From Leucoraja ocellata (lineage: Eukaryota), in NCBI GenBank assembly GCA_036785375.1, contig JAWMAR010000279.1:496001-560000 (forward strand): 64,000 nt of DNA, read 5' to 3'. The notes beneath the pieces were generated by a model. It did not search any database, had not been told where the DNA came from, and was given only the letters and a program-made list of their open reading frames with translations. Shown here one piece after another: positions 1-11,259 of the stretch (the stretch's first letter is position 1; the number at the start of each line of letters is the position of its first letter). A program made the position numbers and the translations under genes.

Positions 1-655
1 AAGATCTTTCCTGGAACCAGCACACTGATGCAATCGTAAAAAAAGGCACATCAGTGCCTCTACTTTCTGCGAAGATTACGGAGAGTCTGTAGGTCAAGGA
101 GGATTCCCTTGAACTTCTACAGGTGCACAGTGGAGAGCATACTGACTGGCTGCATCGTGGCATGGTTCAGCAACTTGAACTTCCAGAAGCGGAAAAATCT
201 GCAAAAAGTTGTGACCGCTGCCCTGTCCATCACCGGCTCTAACCTCCCCGATCTATCAAAGTCGCCGCCTCAAAAGGCGGCCAAATTCATAAAAGACCCA
301 CACCATCCTGGCCACACACTCATTTCACCGTTGCCATCGGGAAGAAGGTACAGGAGCCTGGAAACTGTATCGACCAGGTTCAGGAACAGCTTCTTTCCTA
401 TAGCCATCAGGCTATTAAACACAACAGCAAATAAGCTCTGAACTATTATTCTATTGTTGCACTATATTTGTTTATTTATTGAATATGTGTGAATGCATAT
501 GTATATACATATATATATACACACATATACACACACACTGAACTTTTTTTTTCTCCTGTTGTGTACTATGTTTACATGTTCTGTTGTGCTGCTGCAAATA
601 AGAATTTATTTGTCCTATCTGGGACATATGACAATAAAACACTCTTGACTCTTGA
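1..655 (+). mobile_element. Rex1/Babar LINE, 3' fragment
   Basis: ORF 109-441 encodes the C-terminal domain NFYRCTVESILTGCIVAWF...DPHHPGH...LPSGRRYRS...RFRNSFFP; the 3' UTR has AATAAA and an (ACTCTTG)n tail at about 641-655. Confidence 0.85.
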
Positions 656-1576
656 AAGTTGTAGAGGTGTAGTGGTGTAGGCTTGATAAACAAGATTTTG
701 AAAGCGCAGTTGTACATTAACGAGGAAGTACTTTTTGCCCCTGGAAGCAGAGCTGGGAAGTGAGCAACGGAACAGTATGAAGAACAATATCATGGTTTTA
801 TTTATGATCGACTCAAGGTAGCAACATCATTTGACAGCAGATTTAAGGGGGTTTAGGACTTTAATTGGAGGGGAAGATTAAAAGAGGAAATAATGGGCAC
901 CGAGGTGAACTTAAAATGTATGCAAAATTTAGACACCCCCTCCCCAAAATAAAACTGCTGGTGAAAATTGGCAGATCATGAAAGCAGAAGTGTATGCCAC
1001 TCATGAACTTTAAAAAAAAATTACCAAGCAATTCATCCACACCTATAAAATCAGACATCAATTCCAGCTTTCCTTACAGGAAAATGGCATCCAAACTCAA
1101 AATTGCAGCTCTCACAATTGAAAGAAAATTGCACACATCGAGGCATAACCAAGTTGCAGATAACCAGTTGCATAATTAGAGCATAAAACACTTAAGTTTC
1201 CAATGGTGTCAATTTTCATCGGAGTACACTTTTAAAGTCTGGAACAAGCCAGTTTTTTTTTTATTACAAAATTAATGAATTAATAAAGAAGATGCCCTCA
1301 AAATAGAATATTACCCTTCTTTATAAACCTTACCTTGAAATAATATAACCCATAATATAGATTAATTTTCTATTAACTAATACAATGGTTATGGATCCAT
1401 GGTTTTGTTCTAGAATCTAAAGACATTGAAACTATTTTTTTAAATCGTGTAGCAATTTAATTTGTTTGGATTTATGTGATGGAACCTTGATTAAATAGTA
1501 ACAGATACAATTACAGCAATTCATTGGGGGACATTTCTTTTGTCATATTTTTCATGTTTACATTTGAGATTCGTAC

Positions 1577-1651
1577 CTGGAGATATGGAGACATAGCCAG
1601 CAAATTTATAGTTCTTCATTTCAGCTGGTATCATATTCTGTCAAACAGGTT
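1577..1651 (-). CDS. Probable first coding exon of an unidentified host gene (5' UTR plus MIPAEMKNYKFAGYVSISP, phase 1)
   Basis: On the minus strand, acceptor cttattttactatttccag|AACC and donor CCAG|gtacga bound a 75-bp exon in unique DNA. ATGs at 1634 and 1619 are in frame, with an in-frame TGA upstream. The other two frames are closed. Confidence 0.55.
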
Positions 1652-1877
1652 CTGGAAATAGTAAAATAAGTAGTTGTTTTAAAACATCTTTCAACCAATT
1701 CATTTGACAGATCTTACGCACATCTTTAAGAATTCATGTCAACACCAGCTCAATATTTCAGATCTTTAAAATAGACTTTCACGTCATCTACTATTATTCA
1801 ACTTAGCCCAGCTTTACTTGTAGGGATTATAGCATCATACTTAATTGAACAATAATACAACAAATGTTTGGCAAAAG

Positions 1878-2050
1878 CCACAAAGTGCTAGTGTAACTCA
1901 GCGGGTTAGGCAGCATCTCTGGAAAACATAGACAGGTGACATTTTGATTGGAATCCTTCTGAATATCCATGTTTTCCACAAATGCAGTTCAACCCACAAA
2001 GCTCCTCCAGCATATTGTGTTTTATGTTCAAGATTCGGCATCTGTCATTC
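1878..2050. mobile_element. Old Penelope-derived terminal repeats in inverted orientation
   Basis: Antisense arm (taactcagcgggttaggcagcatctctgga) followed by a degenerate sense arm (ctcctccagcatattgtg...gcatctg); same family as 10971-11235. Confidence 0.55.
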
Positions 2051-3384
2051 TGAGTTTACAAGAAACGGTTTACAATTATAAAAGTTGGCTGTTCTGTAAA
2101 GAAGGAAACGTATCAGTCTTATCCCAGTCTAGCCTGTGTGACCACAACCCTACAAATACCTTTTTTCTATGAACTATCCTTTTCTAGGGACTAGCAAGCC
2201 ACTTAGTGACATCAAAGCACCACTAATGCTTCAACAACGTGCTGAGATAGGTTATGCAACATTACCTATCCTTGCAGAATACCTACATTCCAAGCAAACT
2301 ATTTAACATGAAGATATCATCAAAATAAATATATAAGAATTTACAATGGAAACAACAAAATTAATTGAAAATATGACCTAGCTAAAATAAGGTCAGAAGA
2401 ACATCACTAGCTATTATCATCACTTCAAATAATGCTTTCTGAACTGCTGCTAATCACATGGAGAAGGAGATCCTTTCATTAATGGGAAGCGAATCACAGG
2501 ATTTTGCTCCATCAATATTAAAACAGGAATGCAAATCTAACAGATGTACAACTTTTTGTTGGGAGGCAGGGGGAGGGAATCTTTAAAGTAATGACATTAC
2601 AGGAATCTGCTGTACTTATCCTTTGTGGTGTCAAAGCAACTGCAGAGATTCCCTACAATATTTCTTGTAGAGGCTACACAACACAATGATATTGCTTCAA
2701 TTGAAGAGTTGGTAAAACTTTGTGATTATGTTGGAATGACTGCCAGACACACAGGTTGCTTTGCACTGAGTGATATCCAGCTCAGCATTTCACCCGGCCA
2801 GAAGTGTTGTTTATCTCACATTCCTGATTGATCTAGCAAATGGTGGAAAGCTTGAGGAGTCAGGGACAAGGCACTTGCTACAAAACAGCCAAATTCTGCT
2901 CTTTGAAATTATGTTCCAATTGAATTCCTGGTCAAAAGCGTTCATCCAGGACATTGACAATGACATCGCCAATACTTTGATTACCATCAAATTATAGGAG
3001 ATGCTGTAATGGTTTCTTCACAATGGTGTTTATCTTTATTCTATAAAGTATATGCCTTATAATGTATCAACCCTAGTCCAAATCTTCCAAAATATATCAC
3101 TACCTATGAAGAATTTTCTCATTTATTTCTATCCATATCATAGCAGGCTGACAGTGTAGCAGTTGAAAGTGGCTGAGTGTTGAGTTCTCCTGCAAATTAT
3201 ATTCCTGGGGAAAATTAACCTCAAGCATCTGTTCAAGCACGATACTGAATTTAGCCAAGGATAGATTATGTCTGAAACCCATGAGCCAGGGCAGTTTGCA
3301 TTTGAACAAATTCACTTAAATGTTGCTTGGATCTTGCACCTGACCTCTGATCATTGAACAGTGCAGCACAGGAACAAGCCTTTC

Positions 3385-4352
3385 CTCCCATGTCAGACTC
3401 GATAACAATCAGCACCGGAGCACCTCAAGGCTGCGTGCTCAGCCCCCTGCTGTACTCACTCTATACTCATGACTGCGTAGCCGGTCATAGTGCGAACTCC
3501 ATCATCAAGTTCGCTGACGACACCACTGCCGTGGGACGTATCACTGATGGAGATGAGTCCGAGTATAGAAGAGAGATTGAGCAACTATCCATATGGTGCC
3601 AGCACAATAACCTGGTCCTCAACACCAGCAAAACCAAGGAACTGATTGTGAACTTTGGAAGGAGTAGGATGGGGACCCACGGTCCCATTTATATCAACAG
3701 GTCAATGGTTGAAGGGTCAAGAGCTTCAAATTCCTGGGCATGCACATCTCTAAAGATCTTTCCTGGTTCGAGAACACTAATGCAATTATCAAGAAAGCAC
3801 ATCAGCGCCTCTGGTTCCTGAGAAGATTACGGCGAGTCGGTTTGTCAAGGAGGACTCTCTATAACTTCTATAGGTGCACAGTAGAGAGCATACTGACCGG
3901 TTGCATCGTGGCTTGGTTCGGCAACTTGAGCGCCCTGGAGAGGAAAAGACTACAAAAAGTAGTAAACATTGCCCAGTCCATCATCGGCTCTGACCTTCCT
4001 TCCATCGAGGGGATTTATCGAAGTCGATGCCTCAAAAAGGCTGGCAGTATCATCAAAGACCCACACCATCCTGGCCACACACTCATCTCCCTGCTACCTT
4101 CAGGTAGAGGGTACAGGAGCCTGAAGACTGCAACAACCAGGTTCAGGAATAGCTACTTCCCCACAGCCATCAAGCTATTAAACCTGGCTCGGACAAAACT
4201 CTGAACATTAATAACCCATTATTTGTTATTGGCACTTTATCAGTTTATTTATTCATGTGTTTTGTAGTCAATGCCTATTATGTTCTGTGTGCGGAAGCAA
4301 AGCAAGAATTTCATTGTCCTATCAGGGACACATGACAATAAACTTGAACTTG
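3385..4352 (+). mobile_element. Rex1/Babar LINE, 5'-truncated and frameshifted
   Basis: RT motifs [20 protein letters not shown] and IIKFADDTT (ORF 3354-3821), C-terminal domain (ORF 3740-4204), and AATAAA plus a cttgaacttga tail. Confidence 0.92.
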
Positions 4353-5040
4353 ATGTATGCACTGAACATGATGCCAAATTAAACCAAATAAATACTTCTG
4401 CATGCATATGACCCACATCCCTTTTTATCCTGAATATCCATCTGCCTATCTTTTAAAAAAAAAGATGTTATCCGTTTCTATTACCAACCCCGACAGCAGA
4501 TTCCAGACACGTACAACACCCTGTAAAAAAAAATCTTTCCCGATCTGACCTTACAAGTTATGTCTAGTCTTTGACATTTGAAAGCTTCTGACTATCTACC
4601 CAATATCTCTGCCTCTTATAATTTTATAGTTCCATCATCTTTTCTCAGCCTCTACCCCTCCTAAGAAAACAATTCAAATTTCCCCAACCTCTCCAAATAT
4701 CTTCTATTCCAGGCAGTAAACCACTTCTGCACCCTCTCAAAAGCCTCCGTCCTACTCATAAATGGGACAACTGGAACTGATCACAATACTCCAAATATAG
4801 CCTTCTCAAAATTTTATATAGCTGCATCATGACTTCCTGACATTCTCCATACCTCAACTGATGAAAAATCTACTTGTGTGGTCATTTTCAGGGAGCTACA
4901 GACTTGGAACCCATCTCTGTACATCAATATTTTTGAGGATCCAGCTATTCAATGTATACTTCCTTCTAACATTTGGGCTCACAAAGTGCACCAACTCGCT
5001 CTTGCCTGGGTTAAACTCCAAGAAATAAAGCAATTTGGTC
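4353..5040 (-). mobile_element. Decayed CR1 LINE 3' fragment
   Basis: Patchy similarity to other CR1 copies here (aactgatcacaatactccaa; translated RRKYTLNSWILKNIDVQR). Confidence 0.55.
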
Positions 5041-6079
5041 AATCTTTGAAGCAAAACTGTAACAAAGCGAGAATGTAGTGGATTTAGTACAAACCACCTC
5101 AACTGACTGGCAAAAACTGACACTAACATGCTCCAGCATTTCCTGATGATTAAAAATAGATCAGTACTTGATCAGATTTGATTTGTCTTGTATTTGTTGA
5201 CAAGTCATACTTGCAAAATATTCTACACAGAAGGGTAAAAGGCACTATAATAAAGCCAGAAGCATGATTACTTCTTCATTACATATTTAGCAACACAACT
5301 GGAAGCTTAGTGAGTATACAAATTACCTGTATGATATCAAATCCATTTAGGCCTCAAATAACATATGGATGGAACTACATTGGCTTTTGTGTGGGAAACT
5401 CATAAGGAGGCAGCCAAGATAGATAATTTATCGGGAACATCTGGGCCAAGATGATTTACAATGCATCAGCTGATCTCTGTCATTGTTGAGGCCAAGAATG
5501 ATCAAGGAGAAACTTCATTTGTCAAATACAAAACCTCCAGCACAATTTGTGAATATTTCTGAGAGCCTGTCTGACACAGTGGGTATGGGAAAATTTAGTT
5601 CAATTTTGCAGGCTTCTTCAGAAGATCAGCATACATAACATTCAGTATTGTAGCTTCACCCCGTAGGCACCTAATTTTCAAGCACTTCCAGCACTGCTTC
5701 TCATATGGTTTTCTGCAACTCATCAATGAACCACAATTAGTCTGCTTACTGAATGGTAACTGTAGTGATATTCTGTGCCATTACAAACTGGCTGCATACA
5801 ATTTTCCACCTTCTACAGAAATTGGCAGTTACTGATCTATGAGCTGCTAAATCTATTACATTTGGCACAAAGTGGTTGTGTTTTACAATTGAGATGAAGT
5901 CCAGTTCAATTGGATCTTCATGTCCACAAAGATAACAAGATGGTTATTGCTACAAATACACCCATGCAAATGGTTCAGTATCTGATTGATTAGCAAGTAC
6001 ACAGCGATACATGTTTTCCTCTCATCCCTTTGGAGAGCAACATAGTGGAACTGTGTCCCCAGTTGGAAAGGAATGAAGA

Positions 6080-6355
6080 GGCAGTGGCACAGCAGTAGAG
6101 CTGTTGCCTCACAGCACCAGACACCATGGTTCAATCCTGACTACAGATGCTGTCTTTGTACCTTCTCCCTGTGACCACATGGGGTTTCTCCAGGTCCCAC
6201 ATTCCAAAGACATGCAGGTTTGTAGGTTAATTGGTCTCTGTAAATTTCCCCCTAGTGTGTAGGATGCAAATGTGGGATGACTGATCTTGGGTGATTGATG
6301 GCTGGCGTGGACTCGGTGGTCTGAAGTGCCAGTTTCCATGCTATAACTAAACAAA
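6080..6355 (+). mobile_element. tRNA-derived V-SINE (HE1/HER1-like)
   Basis: A box TGGCACAGCAG (about 6086), B box GGTTCAATCC (6128-6137), V-domain-like tcccacattccaaagacatgcagg...aggttaattgg, and a CR1-like tail ending ctaaacaaa. Confidence 0.85.
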
Positions 6356-6744
6356 GTCTTTGGAAGTGAAGTATGGAAAACATGCCATGTCAGGAATGGA
6401 AAGAGTTTAATATCTTCCGATGGTTAGAAGGTGAAGGATGAATGAGAAGGGAAAACAAGAAGGCAAGGTCTCAAAGGAGCAGCTCAGATCTATGAAAAGT
6501 GCAGAGGAATATCCTTTTCAGGATAAGAATATCACAGAGGGCTCCCAGGGGAAGCGAATTGATGTAGCATGATGGGGGTGAGGAAATGTCTTGAGGCTTC
6601 AGATGTGTCGTGTTGGTCTTAACTGATCGAAAGACAGTTGGGGGCGGGGGGGGGGGGGGGGTAGCTGGATATGAAACAGTGTGTCCCAGGGTTCCCAACG
6701 GTATTAATGTTAGACAATGAAAAGGGCTAGCTGAAGAACAAACC

Positions 6745-7870
6745 CCTTCACCAGGCAACTCTTTCTCCTCCCCAGCTAGCCTCTGCTGCGGGGTTCCACA
6801 AGGTTCCATCATTGGTCCCATTCTCTTCTCCCCTTAGGACAAGTTATTCAAAGGCACGGCATTTCCTTCCATTGCTACGCAGACGATACACAACTCTATC
6901 TCCCCCTGAAGCCCAAAAACCAATCAAATCTGCATAACCTTATCCGCTGCCTCGAGGATATAAAGTGTTGGATGGCCCAGAACTTCCTCCAACTAAACGA
7001 AAGTCTGAGGTCATCCTTCTCAGCCCCTCGGACTCAATCAAAATGATAGCAGGCAGCCTTGGAAGCCTTACCCCATTACTCAAACCTCACGTCAAAAACC
7101 TTGGTGTGATATTTGACTCAGCATTGAAATTTGACAAACAAGTCAATTCCGTGGTAAAAGCTAGCTTCTTTCAGCTTCGGATGATAGCTAAAATAAAACA
7201 ATTCCTCCAGTTTGATGACCTCGAAAAGATCATCCACACATTTATCTCCTCCCACCTAGATTACTGCAACTCCCTCTATACTGGCTGCCAATCTTCCCTG
7301 TCCCACCTGCAACTGGTCCAAAACGCCGCAGCAAGACTCCTGACGGGCACCCGAAAAAGGGACCACATCACCCCGATCCTGGCCTCTCTCCATTGGCTCC
7401 GTGTGGTTCCGAATAAATTTCAAGATCCTCCTTTATAGAAACATAGAAACTTTATGTCTACAAAGCCCTTAATGGGCTTGCCCCCACCTACATCAAAAGT
7501 CTGCTTACCCACCACACCACCTCCAGGTCCCTCAGATCGGCTGACTTGGGGTTACTGAACATCCCGCGGTCTAGGCATAAACTCAGGGGCGACCGCGCCT
7601 TTGCGGTTGCAGCTCCTAGACTGTGGAACAGCATCCCTCTTCCCATCAGAACTGCCCCCTCCATCGACTCCTTTAAGTCGAGACTTAAAACTTATCTCTA
7701 CTCTCAAGCCTTTCTTGACGTCATCTGAGGTCTATATGTATGTAGTGATGTTTGTATTTAATCTAAGAACCAATGTTGTATAACGTTAGTACCTCCACCA
7801 ATGTAAAGCCCTTTGGCCAACGAGAGTTGTTTTTTAAATGTGCTATACAAGTAAAAGTGACTTGACTTGA
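6745..7870 (+). mobile_element. L2 LINE, 3' part, frameshifted
   Basis: GVPQGSIIGP, YADDTQLY, SHLDYCNSL, LQLVQNAAARLL, HITPILASLHWL and GDRAFAVAAPRLWNSIP motifs; (GACTT)n tail. Confidence 0.9.
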
Positions 7871-8224
7871 TACCATCTAACTGCAACAATGTTGGGCACA
7901 CCCGTTTCATACCCCACTTGCACTCCCCACCCACCCGCTGCCACCACAGCCAAGTAATAACTCTGCCGGTCAACACCAAGCCAACACACTAAACCACTAT
8001 CGGACTACAAGGCACTGCTGCAGTTGGGTTTGGAGTTGAAGGGAATCAGGATCTGAGAGGCAGGGCAATCCAATACCCCACCTTGCAGGCTGGTGGGAGG
8101 GAGGGGTTCATTGCAATGGGGTGTTGGAGTCACGGTCCTGCACCCCTGGCGCTGGGTGGGGAACGTCTCGTGGGGGTTGGGGCTGGAGATACAAGTGTGA
8201 GGGAGATGGTGATGGGACGGTCGA

Positions 8225-8802
8225 TGGTGGTGGTGGTGGTGGTGGTGGGGGAGACGGTGCAGGGGGGGTGGGAGGTAGATGGTGGGGATGGCGATGGGGA
8301 GGCGAGAGAGGTGAGAGTGGGGATGGGGGGGGATGAGGGTTAGGGGGTGGGGTGAGGGGATGAGGGTGGGGGATGGGGTGAGGGATGGGGGAGGGGTGGA
8401 GATGAGGATGAGGGGTGGGGATGGGGGGAGGGGTGGAGATGGGAAGTGGGGGGAGGGGTGGGGGATGGGGGAGGGGTGGAGATGGGGGATGGGCGAAGGG
8501 GTGGGGGATGGGGGGTGGGGGATGGGCGGAGGATGGGGGGAGGGGTGGAGATGGGGGATGGGGGGAGGGGATGGGTGGGGGATGGGGGAGGGGTGGGGGA
8601 TGGGGGGGAGGGGTGGAGATGGGGGATGGGGGGAGGGGATGGGTGGGGGATGGGGGAGGGGTGGGGGATGGGGGGGAGGGGTGGAGATGGGGGATGGGGG
8701 GAGTGGGGGGAGGGGTGGGCGATGGGGGGGTGGGGGGAGGGGTGGGCGATGGGTGGAGATGGTGAGTGGGGGGATGGGTGGAGGATGGGTGGGGGGGGGG
8801 GG
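8225..8802 (+). repeat. G-rich low-complexity minisatellite, G-quadruplex prone
   Basis: About 570 bp of GGGGATGGGGG(A)GGGGTGG(A/G)GAT-type units. Confidence 0.9.
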
Positions 8803-9250
8803 CTACCTGTGGCCCCGCAAACCCACCAACAGCCACCGCCCACCCGTCCACCCGTCCACCCGCTGCCCCTCAGCCGCGGATCCCTGGCCGTCCCCGGTAA
8901 AACAACTCCACACCTCCTCCCCCTCCCGCCGCCGCCATCATTTTCCCCTCCCCCCGGCAACGCAGACACTCACTCACTCACGGCTGCCCGGCGACCAACA
9001 GACAGACGAACATCATCTCCCGTTGTCCACCGTCGACGATGGACAAGTAGTTCCAGGTGGGGGGGAGGGGGAACTACTTGCCCGCCGCTTCGCCGCGCAC
9101 TCGGCGGCCAGAGAAGCCGCTCCGCCGCCGGCGGCGACTCACCTCCTGGAGCCGCCGTTGTGTACAACCGCCGCCGGCCGGCAGCTGCTCCTATTGGCTG
9201 GGCGCGCGGTTATAGAATTCTACTGGCGAACTGTGAGACAACAAACCCCC
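8800..9250 (-). promoter_or_regulatory. CpG-island promoter and non-coding first exon(s) of the minus-strand gene
   Basis: Dense CpG, (GCC)n runs, CCAAT box at 9193-9197 (minus strand), strong donor CAGGAG|GTGAGT (exon ends at 9143) and a second donor GCC|GTGAGT (exon ends at 8982). Confidence 0.75.
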
Positions 9251-9629
9251 CCCCCCCCCCCCCCCCACTTCACTCCAGGCTGCAACACAACACAACCCAC
9301 CGACCCGTGTCCCTTCACACAAACTGTAACTTGTCCCTTCCTACAAAAGAGGGAGGGAAAAAACGAATGTGCTCTGATACGCAAATGTCAAAGAAAAAGA
9401 AAGACATCATTCACAATAAAACCCTTTTTTGTTTGAAAAATAGAAGTGGGTAGAACCTATTCTGAATACATCGCACTGCAACCCCTTATGTGGAAAGCAT
9501 GCAAAAACATTGCCGCTTTGTTTGCCGAATTCAGAAATTTTGCAAATTGTTCCTCTTGTTTAAAAGCTAATCTGGCTGAATAGACAACGAAGAAAGTATA
9601 CATTCTGCCATTTGTCTACAATATTTGAG

Positions 9630-9650
9630 CCAATCCAGCCAAATGGCGGC
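9630..9650 (+). promoter_or_regulatory. CCAAT box and YY1-type motif; possible divergent promoter element
   Basis: CCAAT at 9630-9634 and AAATGGCGGC at 9641-9650, inside CpG-retaining unique DNA that extends to about 10.9 kb. Confidence 0.4.
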
Positions 9651-10957
9651 GTTTGATTTACACTAAATCGTCGTCTGTTTGGCATTCCGCTACCGACATT
9701 AGGAATTTTAAATTACATTCCTCCATGGCTGCTGCGGAATTCAATCCGAGCAGGTTTGGTGGCAATCGATGCGAAGCCAAGAATGTTCAGAAAATACCTT
9801 TCAATTCATTGCACAGATTAGAGACAAAATTCTTGCACCTTTGTGGACGATGACTTCAACTTGCGTTTATATCGACGTGCATGCCTCCATCATCTTGTGT
9901 CTGAAGCAATTGTAACCGCTTTACCAATCCACACTGTGATTTTCCATGAAGGAACTTTCCCTTCGGCTAGTAAAATCAATTTATTTTAAAAGTCCACTGG
10001 TGAACAATCAGGGTGGGAGGGAGAAAGCAACAATTACAACGTTGCTTGGCAAAATTGAAGAAAATGTTTTATGGTGTAATTATATTTTATACCAACCATG
10101 CCGATAAGAAATTCTGAACACGTCAGTATTTGGTTCAAATTACGCCCGTCGATCGAGCAGAATGGTTGGTTATTTAGGTTGAGTGTTCATCGACTATAAT
10201 TGTAATGATTAGCCATGGGGAAGCGGCAGTTGGAGTCTATTCTTGCCAGCGTTCAAATCCATATCGTTTTAACCCAACTTCGTGCGGTCCAGTCGACAGA
10301 GAGTGAATCAAAACCAACTCGTACCGGGGGCTGGCTCCCTCCCTCCCTCCCTCCGCGTCCGGCGACACGTTGACAAGTTGGAATGTTCTGACGTTTCTGC
10401 AGACTTTTGTAAACCAACTGGGCATCGGTTTGTAACTTTTAGGATGCGCAGTGGGAAAACTATCGAAGGATCGAGCTTAAGCTCAAGATACACAGGCATG
10501 AGCATCATTAAAAACACCCAGAAAGCACTGAAAATACTCAGCTGGTCCGATCGCAAATGCTGTAAGACAAGCAGTGCTAACTTTTCAGGTCCAGGAACCT
10601 GATACAAAACTGAAAAGGATAGAATTGAAATTCGTTAAGGAGAGCCGACTCATAGGTTAAAACCGCGGTAACCATGAGGCTAAGCTGTATACAAGGTTGT
10701 CTAGCCAACGAGGGCAGTTCGAGAGTGAGAATATAAACAAGAGGACACGGAGAAAAGAATGTAGCAGTTGCAAAATGCAGAGTAGCAATGCAATAGGCAA
10801 GTCCTTTGCTCCCAGAGAAAACAAAACAGGTGAGCCAATATCGCAGGCGGATGACAGATTCAGAAATTGAAATCATGAATTTGTAGGTTGTAGAATTCAT
10901 TACCGAGTCCAGAAAGCTGCTTCTCGCCCTGGCAGAACGAGGGGATGATCATCAAAC

Positions 10958-11249
10958 CTCAATTGTAACAGGAGAAACTCAGCGGGTGCAGCAGCATCTA
11001 TGGGGCGAAGGAAATAGGCAACGTTTCGGGCCGAAACCTTTCTTCAGAGGACACGGAGAAAAGAACGTAGCAGTAGCAAAATGCAGAGTAGCAATGGAAT
11101 AGGCTGAAGAAGCGTTTCGGCCCGAAACGTTGCCTATTTCCTTCGCTCCATAGATGCTGCTGCACCCGCTGAGTTTCTCCAGTTTTTTTTTTATGTACCT
11201 TCGATTTTCCAGCATCTGCAGTTCCTTCTTAAACACTCAATTGTAACAG
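10958..11249. mobile_element. Penelope-derived inverted pair with hammerhead cores, captured host DNA and a 14-bp TSD
   Basis: Arms 10971-11047 and 11104-11180 are inverted copies; the spacer 11047-11104 duplicates 10741-10798; TSD CTCAATTGTAACAG at 10958-10971 and 11236-11249. Confidence 0.85.
11104..11135 (+). ncRNA. Minimal hammerhead ribozyme-like motif (PLE type)
   Basis: CTGAAGA-agcgtttcggccc-GAAA-cGTT: the CUGANGA/GAAA core with a palindromic ACGT stem III; stem II has one mismatch in this copy. Confidence 0.55.
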
Positions 11250-11259
11250 TGCAGGAGGC

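Noticed and set aside
1641-1643. In-frame TGA as selenocysteine
   Set aside because: No recognisable selenoprotein context; a 5' UTR stop upstream of the ATG is simpler.
6080-6150. tRNA gene
   Set aside because: The A/B boxes continue into a SINE body and tail; no complete cloverleaf.
8083-9453. Long Gly/Trp- or Pro/His-rich ORFs (up to 367 aa)
   Set aside because: They are open only because the G-rich repeat and CpG island lack stop codons; no domain signal.
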